NCBI GenBank assembly: GCA_016930365.1
Contig: JAFGGY010000195.1
Location: 4,748-68,747 of the forward strand
DNA: 64,000 nt
Direction of reading: 5' to 3'
From: Prolixibacteraceae bacterium
GTDB lineage: Bacteria > Bacteroidota > Bacteroidia > Bacteroidales > Prolixibacteraceae
Part shown: positions 49,844 to 61,005 of the stretch, one piece after another
Layout: every line of letters begins with the position of its first letter
Position numbering within the stretch: position 1 is the first letter of the stretch
Program-made: the position numbers and the translations under genes
The notes under the pieces: generated by a model
Databases searched by the model: none
What the model was told of the DNA's origin: nothing
Seen by the model: the letters and a program-made list of their open reading frames with translations, nothing else

Positions 49844-50877
49844 ACAAAATAGAAATGAATATGAAGCCTTTTCAACAAACAAGAATTGCTTTATTTGCTC
49901 TATCGATTGTTGTAATTTTTACAGCTTGTGGAAAAAAACAGGAAGCGATTAAGTATGATAATCCTTTGGCATGGCAAAGAGCCGATCCGTGGGTTCATAA
50001 AACCGACGAAGGTATTTATCATCTTATTGCGACTGCTCCCGAGTACGATCGCATCGAAATTAAAAGTGCCGAAACCATAAGCGGACTGGCAAAAGCCGAA
50101 CCGGTAGTCGTATGGCGAAAACACGAATCGGGACCTATGAGCTACCATATATGGGCACCTGAGTTGCATCGTCTCAACGGAAAATGGTACATATATTTTG
50201 CAGCAGCCGAAGCCGGAAATATTTGGAAAATTAGAATATGGGTGCTTTCGAATAATTCCGACGATCCCAAAACGGGAACCTGGGTTGAAGAGGGGCAGGT
50301 TAAAACACAGCGCGATGAATTTGCGCTGGACGCAACAACTTTTGAGCACAATGGACAACGATACCTGGTGTGGGCCGAAAAAACACGCCGAGACCTAAAC
50401 TCCGGGCTTGTAATTGCAAAAATGAAAGATCACCTTACACTCGAAAGTCCCGAAGTGGTTATTTCAGAGCCTGAATACGAATGGGAAACTCAAACTTACA
50501 AGGTTAACGAAGGAGCGGCCGTGTTAAAACGAAACGGAAAAATTTTCATTACATTTTCGGGAAGCGCAACAGATGCAACCTATGCCATGGGACTGCTTTG
50601 GGCTAGCGAAGATGCCGATTTACTTGACCCTGCATCGTGGAACAAACTGAGCGCCCCAGTATTTTATACCAACGAAGAAGTAAAACGGTTTGGCCCCGGG
50701 CACAATAGTTTTACAGTTGCCGAAGATGGGAAAACTGACGTGCTCATTTATCATGCCCGCGATTATAAAGAAATTGAAGGAGCTTCTCTTAACGACCCAA
50801 ACCGGCATACCCGTGCCCGAACTTTTGGATGGACAAAAGATGGATTTCCCGATTTCAGACAAGAGATTGGCGACTGA
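49840..50877 (+). CDS. GH43 glycoside hydrolase lipoprotein (arabinofuranosidase/xylosidase type)
   Basis: Lipobox FTAC; RADPW, IWAPELH, FALDAT, VNEG, GPGHNSF, YHAR, DPNRH. Confidence 0.93.
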   Translation: MNKIEMNMKPFQQTRIALFALSIVVIFTACGKKQEAIKYDNPLAWQRADPWVHKTDEGIYHLIATAPEYDRIEIKSAETISGLAKAEPVVVWRKHESGPMSYHIWAPELHRLNGKWYIYFAAAEAGNIWKIRIWVLSNNSDDPKTGTWVEEGQVKTQRDEFALDATTFEHNGQRYLVWAEKTRRDLNSGLVIAKMKDHLTLESPEVVISEPEYEWETQTYKVNEGAAVLKRNGKIFITFSGSATDATYAMGLLWASEDADLLDPASWNKLSAPVFYTNEEVKRFGPGHNSFTVAEDGKTDVLIYHARDYKEIEGASLNDPNRHTRARTFGWTKDGFPDFRQEIGD

Positions 50878-51017
50878 CACACAAACATTTTATAATCACA
50901 TAAAGAATGAAGGGCAAATACCTGTAAATGGGCTTTGTCCTTCTTTTCTATAATAATTTTTGTATTTTTGCCCGCCTTAATTATACTTCAAAACAATCGG
51001 ATTAAAATATTAGACGA

Positions 51018-52310
51018 ATGAACTTTATCGACGAATTAAAATGGCGTGGCATGGTACACGACGTAATGCCCGGCACCGATGAACAATTGCAAAAAGAATT
51101 AACGTCGGCTTATGTGGGAATCGACCCAACAGCCGACTCACTTCATATTGGCCACCTTGTTGGGGTGATGATGCTTAAACATTTACAAGTGGCAGGCCAC
51201 AGGCCAATTGTGCTGGTTGGCGGTGCAACAGGTATGATTGGCGATCCTTCGATGAAATCGGACGAGCGAAACCTGCTCGACGAAGAAACTTTAAGGCACA
51301 ATCAAAATTGCCTCAAAAAACAATTGTCGAATTTTCTCGATTTCACAACCGAAGCCGAAAACAGGGCTTTGATGGTGAATAATTACGATTGGATGAAGGA
51401 GTTCTCCTTCCTCGATTTTATACGCGATGTTGGGAAGCATATTACCGTAAATTATATGATGGCTAAAGATTCGGTTAAAAAAAGGCTTAGCGGCGAATCG
51501 CGCGAAGGGCTTTCGTTTACCGAGTTTACCTACCAGTTGGTTCAGGGCTACGATTTTCTGCATTTATATAAGAATGAAAATTGCAAACTCCAGATGGGCG
51601 GCTCCGATCAGTGGGGTAATATTACCACCGGAACTGAGCTTATTCGCAGGGTTGAAGGTGGCGAAGCTTTTGCGCTTACATGCCCACTTATTACCAAGGC
51701 CGATGGAGGCAAATTTGGAAAAACTGAAAGCGGAAACGTATGGCTCGACCCCGAACGTACAAGCCCATACCAATTTTACCAGTTCTGGCTAAACACCTCC
51801 GATACCGATGCCGAAAAATACATTAAAATATTCACCCTGCTGCCTAAAACCGAAATCGAAAACTTGATTACTCAGCACCAGGAAGCTCCACACATGCGTT
51901 TGTTGCAAAAGCGTTTGGCCGAGGAGGTTACCGTAATGGTGCATTCAAAAGAAGACCTCGATATGGCAATTGAGGCTTCTGCAATTTTGTTTGGAAAGGG
52001 TACTGCAGAGCAGCTTCGTAAACTCGACGAGCGTACGTTCTTGTCGGTGTTCGAAGGCGTACCTCAATTCCCGGTATCAAAACAGGAAATTGAAGCCGGA
52101 ATACCGGTGGCCGATTTGCTCAGCGAAAAAGCAGCAGTTTTTCCCTCGAAGGGAGAGTTGCGTCGTACAGTTAAAGGCAATGGGCTGGCTATTAATAAAG
52201 AGAAAGTTACCGATGCCGATTCATTGGTCGATGCCGGTTTCCTAATTGGCAACAAATACATACTGGTTCAAAAGGGAAAGAAAAATTATTTTCTGTTGAT
52301 AGCCGAATAA
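51018..52310 (+). CDS. tyrS: Tyrosine-tRNA ligase
   Basis: [29 protein letters not shown]; S4-like tail KGKK. Confidence 0.98.
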   Translation: MNFIDELKWRGMVHDVMPGTDEQLQKELTSAYVGIDPTADSLHIGHLVGVMMLKHLQVAGHRPIVLVGGATGMIGDPSMKSDERNLLDEETLRHNQNCLKKQLSNFLDFTTEAENRALMVNNYDWMKEFSFLDFIRDVGKHITVNYMMAKDSVKKRLSGESREGLSFTEFTYQLVQGYDFLHLYKNENCKLQMGGSDQWGNITTGTELIRRVEGGEAFALTCPLITKADGGKFGKTESGNVWLDPERTSPYQFYQFWLNTSDTDAEKYIKIFTLLPKTEIENLITQHQEAPHMRLLQKRLAEEVTVMVHSKEDLDMAIEASAILFGKGTAEQLRKLDERTFLSVFEGVPQFPVSKQEIEAGIPVADLLSEKAAVFPSKGELRRTVKGNGLAINKEKVTDADSLVDAGFLIGNKYILVQKGKKNYFLLIAE

Positions 52311-52356
52311 TAAAATACATCTCTTAGCGTTCATCAAATTAGACTAACGATATTCT

Positions 52357-53313
52357 GTGAAAATGGAAAATATTTTTGACAACAACCGGATTTTTCAATC
52401 GGTTTGGAAGTGGAAAATCCACATTGCTATAGTGATTTTGATTGCCTTTGTGGCTTCAGCTGTTTTTTCGGGGCCTTTTTTTATTACCCCAAAGTTTAAA
52501 TCTACAGCAAGGGTATATCCTGCCAATATTGCCGAAGCGAGTGAAGAGTCCGAAAGCGAACATTTACTCGAATTTCTGCAATCAACAGACTTGCGGTTTC
52601 AACTTATCGATGCTTTTAATCTCGACGAAGTTTACGAGATAAAAAGAAGTGAGAAGTATTATCAAACATGGATGCTGGATGAATATCGCAGGCATGTTAG
52701 CTATAAGAAAACAGACTTCGAGACAATCGAAATTTCGGTACTCGATAAAGATCCTGAAAGGGCTCGCGATATGGTCGATTCGCTTATTTTATACTTAAAC
52801 CAGGCCATATTTCGCGAAAAAGCGGCTAAGGATATGGAAAAGGCATTGATTTATGAACGCGACTTACAAAAAAAATACGTTGAGATTGATTCGGTAGAGC
52901 TTATTGTTGATGAAATTCGAAGAAAAACCGGTTTGGTCGATTATTTTGCCCAGGCTACTACAGCAACCCGTGGTTTAATGGATGCAGCTGCACACAGGGG
53001 CAATACCGATCCTGCTGAAATAACCCTCGAAGCACTTGTTGACGAAGGAGGTTTAATGCGCCGTAATTTGAAACTACTCGAAGATTTGGAGGTTGCTGCC
53101 GATACTCTGCGAAAACGTCATGAAAAGCATTACAGCCGCGCTACCGGGCCGATTACTTATACTAAGGTTGTTGAACATCCATTTGTGGCCGATAAAAAGG
53201 CATATCCAATTCGGTGGCTGATTGTTGTTCTGTCTGTTCTGGGTGCCGGTATTTTGTCTGTAATAACTGTTTCGTTTATCGACTATATTCGTGAGATTAA
53301 ATCAGGCTTATAA
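52357..53313 (+). CDS. Wzz-like polysaccharide chain-length determinant
   Basis: N- and C-terminal TM; PKFKSTA.VYP; KKAYP.RWLIV. Confidence 0.8.
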   Translation: MKMENIFDNNRIFQSVWKWKIHIAIVILIAFVASAVFSGPFFITPKFKSTARVYPANIAEASEESESEHLLEFLQSTDLRFQLIDAFNLDEVYEIKRSEKYYQTWMLDEYRRHVSYKKTDFETIEISVLDKDPERARDMVDSLILYLNQAIFREKAAKDMEKALIYERDLQKKYVEIDSVELIVDEIRRKTGLVDYFAQATTATRGLMDAAAHRGNTDPAEITLEALVDEGGLMRRNLKLLEDLEVAADTLRKRHEKHYSRATGPITYTKVVEHPFVADKKAYPIRWLIVVLSVLGAGILSVITVSFIDYIREIKSGL

Positions 53314-54778
53314 TCATATTGGCTCAAAGCGGTTGCAGATTATAGCGTTTTATGTATTCGCGCTGTCTTTTATACTGCTGAATGCGTGGTTGGTTGTCGA
53401 AAAGAAAACCATGCTTGGCTTTTTAATACCTGCTTTAATTGGGATATTGATTATTGCTGCATTGTCGTACGATAAACTTATATGGCTCTCTATTATCCTT
53501 ACACCGCTGTCGGTGCCACTTCAGGAATTGTACTACGGGCTGCCTTTCGATATGGCCATCCCAACCGAGCCTATCATGTTCGGAATTCTTATTTTGTTTA
53601 GTATTTCGTGGGCACGTGGTGCACGGCTCGATTCAAAATTGATTTTGCATCCGGTGGCTATTGTCATATATTTTTACCTGGGCTGGATGGCCGTTACATC
53701 GTTTACAAGTACAATGCCGGTTGTGTCGTTTAAATACCTGGTGGTACATATCTGGTACGTGGTAATATTCTTTTTTATCATGGCCTTTTTGTTTGTGAAA
53801 CATTCGCGAATTTTTAATTTTATATGGGCTTATGCCATTCCGGTTGTGCCGGTTATTTTTTATACTATTGCCCGGCATATAGCTAACGGCATGCACAACG
53901 ATAATGCAGCGCATTGGGTGATGAAGCCTTTCTACAACGATCATACTTCGTATGGTGCGGTGTTGTCCATGTTTATTCCTTTTTTGCTAAGTTTTGTTTT
54001 TGCTAAGTGGATCTCAAAAAAGAAACGTTTTTGGATTGGAATTTTACTTTCTGTCTTTGTATTGGCAGAGGTATTGTCGTATTCGCGTGCTGCCTGGCTG
54101 AGCCTTATCGCTGCCTTGGGCGTATGGGGCATTATGAAGCTCAAAATCAAATTTAAAACACTGGCTATTACCTTTTCAATATTGGTATTGACGATTTTTG
54201 CTTTCCAGGATCAAATTTTAATGAAACTGGAACAAAATTCAACCGACTCGTCGGCCAATCTTACCGAGCATATCAGCTCAATTACCAATATATCGACCGA
54301 TGCATCGAATGTTGAGCGTATTAATCGTTGGCAGTGTGCCATCGAAATGTTTAAAGAAAAGCCTGTTTTTGGCTGGGGACCCGGAACGTATGCTATGAAT
54401 TATGCCCCTTATCAGCTTACCCGCCAGCGGACTATTATTAGCACCAATACGGGCGATGGAGGCAATGCACACAGCGAGTATTTGGGACCACTGTCGGAGC
54501 AAGGGGTGTTGGGTATGTTTAGTTTTATTCTGATTGTAATTGTGGTGTTATATACCGGAATTAAAGCGTACACCCGAGCCGACGATAAACGCATTAAAAC
54601 CTTGTTGCTCGCTTCGGTTGCGGCTTTGGTTACTTACTACACGCATGGGGTTTTGAATAACTTTTTGGATACCGATAAAGCGGCTGTTCCGTTTTGGGGT
54701 ATTACAGCCATTATTGTTGCGCTTGATTTATATACCAAAAAGCAAAAAAATACGCTGCCGGAAAATACGACAGCGTAA
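53291..54778 (+). CDS. O-antigen ligase/polymerase (Wzy_C) family membrane protein
   Basis: Many TM segments; SYSRAAWL, R...W, PVFGWGPG, AHSEYL..LSEQG. Confidence 0.88.
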   Translation: MRLNQAYNHIGSKRLQIIAFYVFALSFILLNAWLVVEKKTMLGFLIPALIGILIIAALSYDKLIWLSIILTPLSVPLQELYYGLPFDMAIPTEPIMFGILILFSISWARGARLDSKLILHPVAIVIYFYLGWMAVTSFTSTMPVVSFKYLVVHIWYVVIFFFIMAFLFVKHSRIFNFIWAYAIPVVPVIFYTIARHIANGMHNDNAAHWVMKPFYNDHTSYGAVLSMFIPFLLSFVFAKWISKKKRFWIGILLSVFVLAEVLSYSRAAWLSLIAALGVWGIMKLKIKFKTLAITFSILVLTIFAFQDQILMKLEQNSTDSSANLTEHISSITNISTDASNVERINRWQCAIEMFKEKPVFGWGPGTYAMNYAPYQLTRQRTIISTNTGDGGNAHSEYLGPLSEQGVLGMFSFILIVIVVLYTGIKAYTRADDKRIKTLLLASVAALVTYYTHGVLNNFLDTDKAAVPFWGITAIIVALDLYTKKQKNTLPENTTA

Positions 54779-54803
54779 AATATTTTCGTTGAACAACTCT
54801 TTT

Positions 54804-55526
54804 TTAATTCTTTTTTTCGTACACCAGCGTGCCAATTTTTTGCCCGGTAACAACCTTTTTCAAATTGCCCGGAGTATCCATATCAAAAACAATAATGGGC
54901 ATGTTGTTTTCTTTACACAGTGTGGTGGCTGTTAAATCCATAATTTTGAGTCCGCGTTCGTATACTTCGTCGTAAGTAAGTTTATCGAATTTTTTAGCAT
55001 TGGGATTTTTTTCGGGATCCGAATCGTAAATTCCATCTACACGCGTGCCTTTCAGCATTACATCGCAGCCCATTTCTACGGCACGTAAGGCCGAAGCGGT
55101 GTCGGTTGTGAAAAATGGATTCCCGGTGCCGGCAGCAATAATAACCACCTCGCTTTGTTTAATAGATTCAACAGCTTTTTGTTTCGAATACATTTCGCCA
55201 ATTGGTTCCATGCGAATAGCCGTAAGTACTCGTGCTGTAACACCGTGCTTTTCGAGCTCCGATTGCAAGGCCAGACTGTTAATTACCGTGGCAAGCATTC
55301 CCATTTGGTCGCCTTTTACACGGTCGATGCCTTCTGCAGCTCCGGCCAGTCCACGAAATATATTACCACCACCGATTACAATGCCCAATCGGATGCCGGT
55401 TTCAACAATATCTTTTATTTGATAGGCGTAATCGCATAGTCTTTTTGGATCCAGCCCGTAACACTCGTCGCCCATTAGCGACTCTCCCGATAGTTTTAAC
55501 AGAACACGTTTGTATGGAGTAATCAT
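54804..55526 (-). CDS. pyrH: UMP kinase
   Basis: YKRVLLKLSGE, GGGNIFRG, MGMLAT, GTGNPFFTTD; TACCTTTG promoter box at 55544-55551. Confidence 0.98.
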   Translation of the reverse strand: MITPYKRVLLKLSGESLMGDECYGLDPKRLCDYAYQIKDIVETGIRLGIVIGGGNIFRGLAGAAEGIDRVKGDQMGMLATVINSLALQSELEKHGVTARVLTAIRMEPIGEMYSKQKAVESIKQSEVVIIAAGTGNPFFTTDTASALRAVEMGCDVMLKGTRVDGIYDSDPEKNPNAKKFDKLTYDEVYERGLKIMDLTATTLCKENNMPIIVFDMDTPGNLKKVVTGQKIGTLVYEKKN

Positions 55527-56062
55527 ATTAATTTATTTTCCAGCAAAGGTACGTAATTTTAGTTTGGCGGTGGTAGTATTAACGTATTCTGCTTATTTTT
55601 TATTCGTTTATATCGTTTATATGGTTGATAAACAGTTGGTGCAAGTCGTACGCTTGTCATAACGAATAGTGCCGACCTCAAAGCTTTCACCGATTTTTCC
55701 AAGTAAATTCGTCCGAATATACATCGGGATGGTTTGGACCCGAATTCATAATTTCGGGGCAGGCGACGATCGTTTTTTTCGTTTGTGGGTCAAGCTGGGC
55801 TCAATGCCTGCTAAAAGTTGTAACATTATGGCGACTCCAAAGGCTACAAATAAAAACCGAATTCCGATGAGTCCTTTTTGAGTGAAGTAAAAAACTTCGA
55901 ATTATTTTCTATTCATCCATATTGCTTTTTCGTTTTTTTTGAAAAAACCTTGCAGAAAGTTATCGTTAAAATCACTTCAAAATAAAGCTTTTTTTAAATT
56001 TGAAAGAGAAAAAAATGTTTCTTCGCATTCGCATTTTAAAAAATGAACAAAAATAGTCAGTT

Positions 56063-56734
56063 ATGGCAGATAAATTATCCGATCCAATAGGTCGTTTGAT
56101 GGGGCTTCGATACAAATCGCATCCATGGCATGGTGTGCAAATAGGTTGCAATGCACCCAATGTGGTTGTTTCGTTTATCGAAATGGTGTCAACCGATACT
56201 GTTAAATACGAAATTGATAAGGATAGCGGGTATTTGAAGCTCGACAGGCCTCAAAAGTATTCGAGTTTGTTGCCTGCTTTGTATGGCTTTGTTCCGCAGA
56301 CCTTTTGCGGAAAAAGAGTTGGTAATTTTTGCTCCGAAAAAACCGGACGCGACGGTATAGTGGGCGATAGCGACCCCATAGATATTTGTGTGCTTACCGA
56401 AAAAACCATTGCTCATGGCGATATTCTTATTGATGCTATCCCCATTGGTGGCTTTCGGATGATTGACGGCAAAGAAGCGGATGATAAAATAATAGCGGTA
56501 ATGCGCAACGATGTGGTTTATGGTAAGTATCAAGATGTGAGCGAATTGCCCGAAATTGTTGTTAAGCGGCTGAAACACTACTTCCTTACGTACAAAGATT
56601 TGCCCGGTACCAATACCGTAGCCGAAATTACACATACTTATGGCGCTGAAGAAGCCCGGCAGGTTATTCAATTATCGATGCAGGATTATAGCGAACGCTT
56701 CGATGATATTGGTGCTTTATTCAAAGAAAGATGA
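56063..56734 (+). CDS. ppa: Family I inorganic pyrophosphatase
   Basis: HPWH, KYEIDK, LDR, YGFVPQT, GDSDPIDI, EADDKII, YFLTYK. Confidence 0.95.
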   Translation: MADKLSDPIGRLMGLRYKSHPWHGVQIGCNAPNVVVSFIEMVSTDTVKYEIDKDSGYLKLDRPQKYSSLLPALYGFVPQTFCGKRVGNFCSEKTGRDGIVGDSDPIDICVLTEKTIAHGDILIDAIPIGGFRMIDGKEADDKIIAVMRNDVVYGKYQDVSELPEIVVKRLKHYFLTYKDLPGTNTVAEITHTYGAEEARQVIQLSMQDYSERFDDIGALFKER

Positions 56735-56744
56735 TAATACGAAT

Positions 56745-56777
56745 TAAAAATGCCGGCTCAAACAGTCGGCATTTTTA
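56745..56777. terminator. Bidirectional terminator between ppa and murF-alr
   Basis: TAAAAATGCCGGCT-CAAAC-AGTCGGCATTTTTA. Confidence 0.8.
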
Positions 56778-56796
56778 GTTCGTATTGTTTTTTTTC

Positions 56797-59271
56797 TTAT
56801 TCCTGAAAGTAAACCCGCTTTACCCGTTGCGATATCGAAGTGAATATTTCGTATGGGATGGTGTCAAGGGCTTTGGCCATTTCGGTGGCCGGGTATTCTT
56901 TCCCAAATACAATAACCCTGTCGCCTTCGTTGGCTTCGATGTTGCTTATGTTAACCATGCACATGTCCATGCAAACAGTGCCCACCACAGGAGCCAATTT
57001 GCCGTTAATCCAAACCTTGCCAATGCCATTGCTTAAACGCCGGTTAAAGCCGTCGGCATATCCAATCGGCAACGTGGCAATGCGCATGTCGGTTTTGGCC
57101 ACACCGGCTCGTCCATAACCAATGGTTTCGCCTTTGGGTACTTCCCTGATTTGCGAAATGGTTGTTTTTAAGGTGCTTACGTTTTCAACCGCATTGGGGT
57201 CGGTACTGCTGATGCCGTATAGTCCAATTCCCAAACGAACCATGTCGTACTGGTTATTGGCGAAACGTTCGATGCCGGCCGAATTTAAAACGTGTTTCAT
57301 TACCTGGTGCTCGGTATTATCCTGAATTATTTTAGCCATTTTCTCGAAACGGTGAAACTGCAATTGAGTAAAGTTGTCCTCTTCGGGGTTGTCGCTCGAC
57401 GACAAGTGCGTGAATACCGATTTGATGTGCAGTACATTACCACGCTTAACTTTTTCGAGCAGGTAGTGCAGCTCATCTTCGGTTTCGAATCCCAGTCGTT
57501 TCATGCCTGTGTCAATTTTAATATGAATGGGGAAACTGCTAAGTGCATTTCGCTGTGCACAGGTTAAAAACTGGTCGAGTAAGCGCTTCGAATAGATATT
57601 GGGTTCAAGCATGTGTTCAAACATCATGTCGAAACTGTGCTCTTCGGGATTCATAACCACAATGGGCAATGTTATTCCGGCCTTTCGTAAAGCAACTCCT
57701 TCGTCGGCAATGGCTACGGCCAAATAATTAACTTGGTGAAACTCAAGCAGCCGGGCAATTTCGGCCATGCCGCTACCATACGAGAAAGCTTTAACCATAG
57801 CCATGATTTTTACATTGGGTTTAAGCTTCGATTTAAAATAGCTGAGATTTCGAATCATGGCGGTCATGTCGATTTCGAGCATAGTTTCGTGTGCTTTATC
57901 CTGAAGCATCGATGCAATCTGGTCGAAATGAAATTCGCGGGCACCCTTTAAAAGTATTACTTCGTTGTTGAGCCCCAGGCTGGGTAACTGCGCCAGAAAG
58001 TCGGCTGTTGAAGAAAAAAAGCGTGCATTCGAGCCAAAAAGATGACTTTGCCGGGTGAGGTTGGGCCCAATGCCAATAAATCGCTCTATTGCTCTAAGCT
58101 TAACCAGTTGGGCAACTTCGGCATATAAGTCTTCGTCCGATTTCGATGAAAAATAAATATCCGAAAGGATTAATGCTTTGGGCATAAAATCTGCGCTAGC
58201 TTGTTGGTCGAGTGTGTCGAGGGCTATCGATAATGAATTGAGATCCGAGTTGTACGAGTCGTTAATTAAAATACACTGGTTAATGCCCTGGCGAATTTCC
58301 ATTCGCATTGCTACGGGTTGCAGGGTACTGAAACGTTCCAGAATCTGATCCTGGTCTTTGCCAATGGCAATTAGAGCAGCCAGACAGCTTATGGCATTTT
58401 CAACGCTGGCATCGTCGGAAAAAGGAATTGAAATAGCATATTGCCTTTCTTTTACCTGTCCAATTATGCCGCATCCTTCGGGTATTTTTTGAACAAAATA
58501 GATAAACAAATCGGCTGTTTCGTCCATCATTGACCAACTGATTGGAACAATACCGTTTTCTTGTGCCATTTTTTGAACCGCTGCATCAATCGATGGATAG
58601 TCTTTTCGGTATATTACAACTTCCGAGTTTTTGAAAAGTTTCAGTTTCTCGTCAACCTTTTGTTCAACCGACTGAAAATTCGACTGATGTGCTTCGCCAA
58701 TATTGGTAATAATGCCGTAACGGGGGCGTATTATGCGTTCCAGCTTCTCCATCTCGCCGGGTTGCGAAATACCAGCTTCGAGAAAAGCCATATCGGCTTC
58801 GTTATCTAAAAGCCAGGCCGAATGCGGAACGCCAATTTGTGAATTGTAACTTTTGGGGCTTCGTATTATTTTATAGTCGTCAACGAGTAACTCGCTAAGC
58901 CATTCTTTTACAATGGTTTTGCCATTGCTCCCGGTAATGCCTATCACATTTCCCCTAAACTTATCGCGACGCGATGCTGCAAGTGTATGAAGAGCCTCAA
59001 GTGTGTCGCTCACCATTAAAAAAGTGGCATCATTGTATTTGTCGTACCGCTTGTTTTTATCCGAAATAACAAAACTGCGAACACCCTTGTCGTATGCATT
59101 TCGGATGTAATTGTGCCCGTTGTTGCCCGAGGTAACCAAAGCAAAAAAGAGCGTTTCTATCCCCGACACAATAGTTCTCGAATCGGTTGATAAGTAACTA
59201 ATAGGATATTCGCTGCCTTTGTGCAGAACCTGGGCATTAATAATTTCAGAAACAGTTAAATTGGTGGTCAT
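56797..59271 (-). CDS. alr: Bifunctional MurF / alanine racemase
   Basis: [22 protein letters not shown] (MurF); [32 protein letters not shown] (Alr). Confidence 0.96.
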   Translation of the reverse strand: MTTNLTVSEIINAQVLHKGSEYPISYLSTDSRTIVSGIETLFFALVTSGNNGHNYIRNAYDKGVRSFVISDKNKRYDKYNDATFLMVSDTLEALHTLAASRRDKFRGNVIGITGSNGKTIVKEWLSELLVDDYKIIRSPKSYNSQIGVPHSAWLLDNEADMAFLEAGISQPGEMEKLERIIRPRYGIITNIGEAHQSNFQSVEQKVDEKLKLFKNSEVVIYRKDYPSIDAAVQKMAQENGIVPISWSMMDETADLFIYFVQKIPEGCGIIGQVKERQYAISIPFSDDASVENAISCLAALIAIGKDQDQILERFSTLQPVAMRMEIRQGINQCILINDSYNSDLNSLSIALDTLDQQASADFMPKALILSDIYFSSKSDEDLYAEVAQLVKLRAIERFIGIGPNLTRQSHLFGSNARFFSSTADFLAQLPSLGLNNEVILLKGAREFHFDQIASMLQDKAHETMLEIDMTAMIRNLSYFKSKLKPNVKIMAMVKAFSYGSGMAEIARLLEFHQVNYLAVAIADEGVALRKAGITLPIVVMNPEEHSFDMMFEHMLEPNIYSKRLLDQFLTCAQRNALSSFPIHIKIDTGMKRLGFETEDELHYLLEKVKRGNVLHIKSVFTHLSSSDNPEEDNFTQLQFHRFEKMAKIIQDNTEHQVMKHVLNSAGIERFANNQYDMVRLGIGLYGISSTDPNAVENVSTLKTTISQIREVPKGETIGYGRAGVAKTDMRIATLPIGYADGFNRRLSNGIGKVWINGKLAPVVGTVCMDMCMVNISNIEANEGDRVIVFGKEYPATEMAKALDTIPYEIFTSISQRVKRVYFQE

Positions 59272-59855
59272 TGCTTTTGGATTTTTATAGCTTCATGAAA
59301 ACATTCACGGCAAAGCGGTTCGTATTCATTTTTTTCCCCTAAAACTACCAATTTTTCGTCAGTTGACAAACGATGCGAAAAATTTGCAAGGCTTCCGCAG
59401 CGCATGCAAATGGCATGGACTTTTGTAACGTATTCAGCAACAGACATTAGTGCCGGCATAGGGCCAAAGGGTTTTCCTTTGAAATCCATGTCGAGGCCGG
59501 CTACAATAACCCTGATGCCCATGTTGGCCAGTTTGTTACATACTTCGAGCAGCGAATGGTCGAAAAACTGAGCTTCGTCGATGCCAATAACATCAACATC
59601 GCCCGACAGCAAAATAATGTTCGATGGAGTATCGACCGGTGTCGAGCGAATGGCATTTTCGTTATGCGAAACCACTTCGTCTTCCGAATACCTCACATCA
59701 ACTACGGGTTTGAAAATTTCGACCCGCTGTTTTGCAATACGTGCACGGTTTAAACGCCTGATAAGTTCTTCGGTTTTGCCCGAAAACATCGAGCCGCAAA
59801 TCACTTCAATCCATCCCTTGCGGATTTTTACATTGATATCTTTTTCGAGAAACAT
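59268..59855 (-). CDS. tdk: Thymidine kinase
   Basis: [21 protein letters not shown]; zinc ligands C..C and CR.C. Confidence 0.97.
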   Translation of the reverse strand: MFLEKDINVKIRKGWIEVICGSMFSGKTEELIRRLNRARIAKQRVEIFKPVVDVRYSEDEVVSHNENAIRSTPVDTPSNIILLSGDVDVIGIDEAQFFDHSLLEVCNKLANMGIRVIVAGLDMDFKGKPFGPMPALMSVAEYVTKVHAICMRCGSLANFSHRLSTDEKLVVLGEKNEYEPLCRECFHEAIKIQKQ

Positions 59856-60004
59856 TTTGTTCGTTTATACAAAAAGGCTAAAATTACAATCAATCTTCTG
59901 TTTTATCGTTATATTTCTCGATGAATTTTTTTTTCAAAATTGGAAGATGCTACTTTTGATAATTAAATTGTATCAATGCTTCAAAATAGTTTTAATTTCA
60001 CGCA

Positions 60005-60994
60005 ATGGACAAAAAAATAATAATACAGCTGATTAAACAGGAAGTTGAAGAGCTTAGCCTGTTGATTAACGCACTCGAAAAGCAGGATGTGCCACATGGT
60101 GTTTTGGTCGATCTGGTCAAATCAAAAATTCACACCCTTTCGAAAGTGGCCGGCTTATTTACAAGCAATGGACAATCGAAATCTAAAGATGTTGTAATTT
60201 CGGGAGATGAAATTATACAACAACGTATTCTCGACTCGATTGTTGAAAGCAATAAAGAAGAAGACGAGCTGATTAGCGAAGAGCTCAGCAAAAGTACTCT
60301 CAAAAATAAAGCAGATGTTAAACATGTTGGCGATTATGAGTCTGTTGCTGATGACAAATCTGAACCTGATAAATCCGAACCTGATAAAGTCAAAGTTGAG
60401 TTGACTGAAGACTCAGACTCCGAAAAGAAAACAGCAGCGCAAGTGCCCGATGCTTCACCTGAAGAAGAGCTGAAGCCCGAAAAACTTAAAATAGACAAAC
60501 CCGAAGAACCTATAGCTGAGGAAAGCAAATTGCCCGAGCAGGCTGAGAATGAAAAACATGAGGTTTTAGAAGAGCCGATTGAGACTGAGCCGATTGAGAC
60601 TGAGCCGACTCTGGCTGAACCGAAACCGGAAGAACGTGAGCCGGAAAAGCAGGTATCGGAAGAAGAAAAACCCCGGCAGATGGTGTTGGGCGAGCGTTTT
60701 ATAAAAGATAAATCGCTCAACGAAAAATTCACATCGCTGGGCGAATCGAAATACAAAGTGGTTGGAAAGCCGGTTACCAGTGTAAAACGAGCCATTGGGC
60801 TGAATGATCGGTTTATGTTTACACGTGAGCTTTTCAATAACGATTCGGATAAATACAATACAACACTCGAAGCCATCGACAATGCCAATAATTTTGTTGA
60901 GGCCATTGAATATCTCGAAGAAAATTGCAAATGGCCTAAAAGCGAAACCAGTTTGAAATTTATGGAGTTGGTAAAACGTCGTTTTGACAATTAA
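60005..60994 (+). CDS. Conserved hypothetical protein with acidic low-complexity linker
   Basis: E/P/K-rich middle; C-terminal AIGLNDRFMFTRELF...FMELVKRRF. Confidence 0.8.
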   Translation: MDKKIIIQLIKQEVEELSLLINALEKQDVPHGVLVDLVKSKIHTLSKVAGLFTSNGQSKSKDVVISGDEIIQQRILDSIVESNKEEDELISEELSKSTLKNKADVKHVGDYESVADDKSEPDKSEPDKVKVELTEDSDSEKKTAAQVPDASPEEELKPEKLKIDKPEEPIAEESKLPEQAENEKHEVLEEPIETEPIETEPTLAEPKPEEREPEKQVSEEEKPRQMVLGERFIKDKSLNEKFTSLGESKYKVVGKPVTSVKRAIGLNDRFMFTRELFNNDSDKYNTTLEAIDNANNFVEAIEYLEENCKWPKSETSLKFMELVKRRFDN

Positions 60995-61005
60995 AAAGCT
61001 CGACG

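Noticed and set aside
56797-59271. MurF-Alr fusion as a novelty
   Set aside because: A well-known fusion in Bacteroidota.
60334-60990. 218-aa Ser-rich antisense ORF, and other short overlapping ORFs in the track
   Set aside because: Shadow frames of real genes with no independent motifs.
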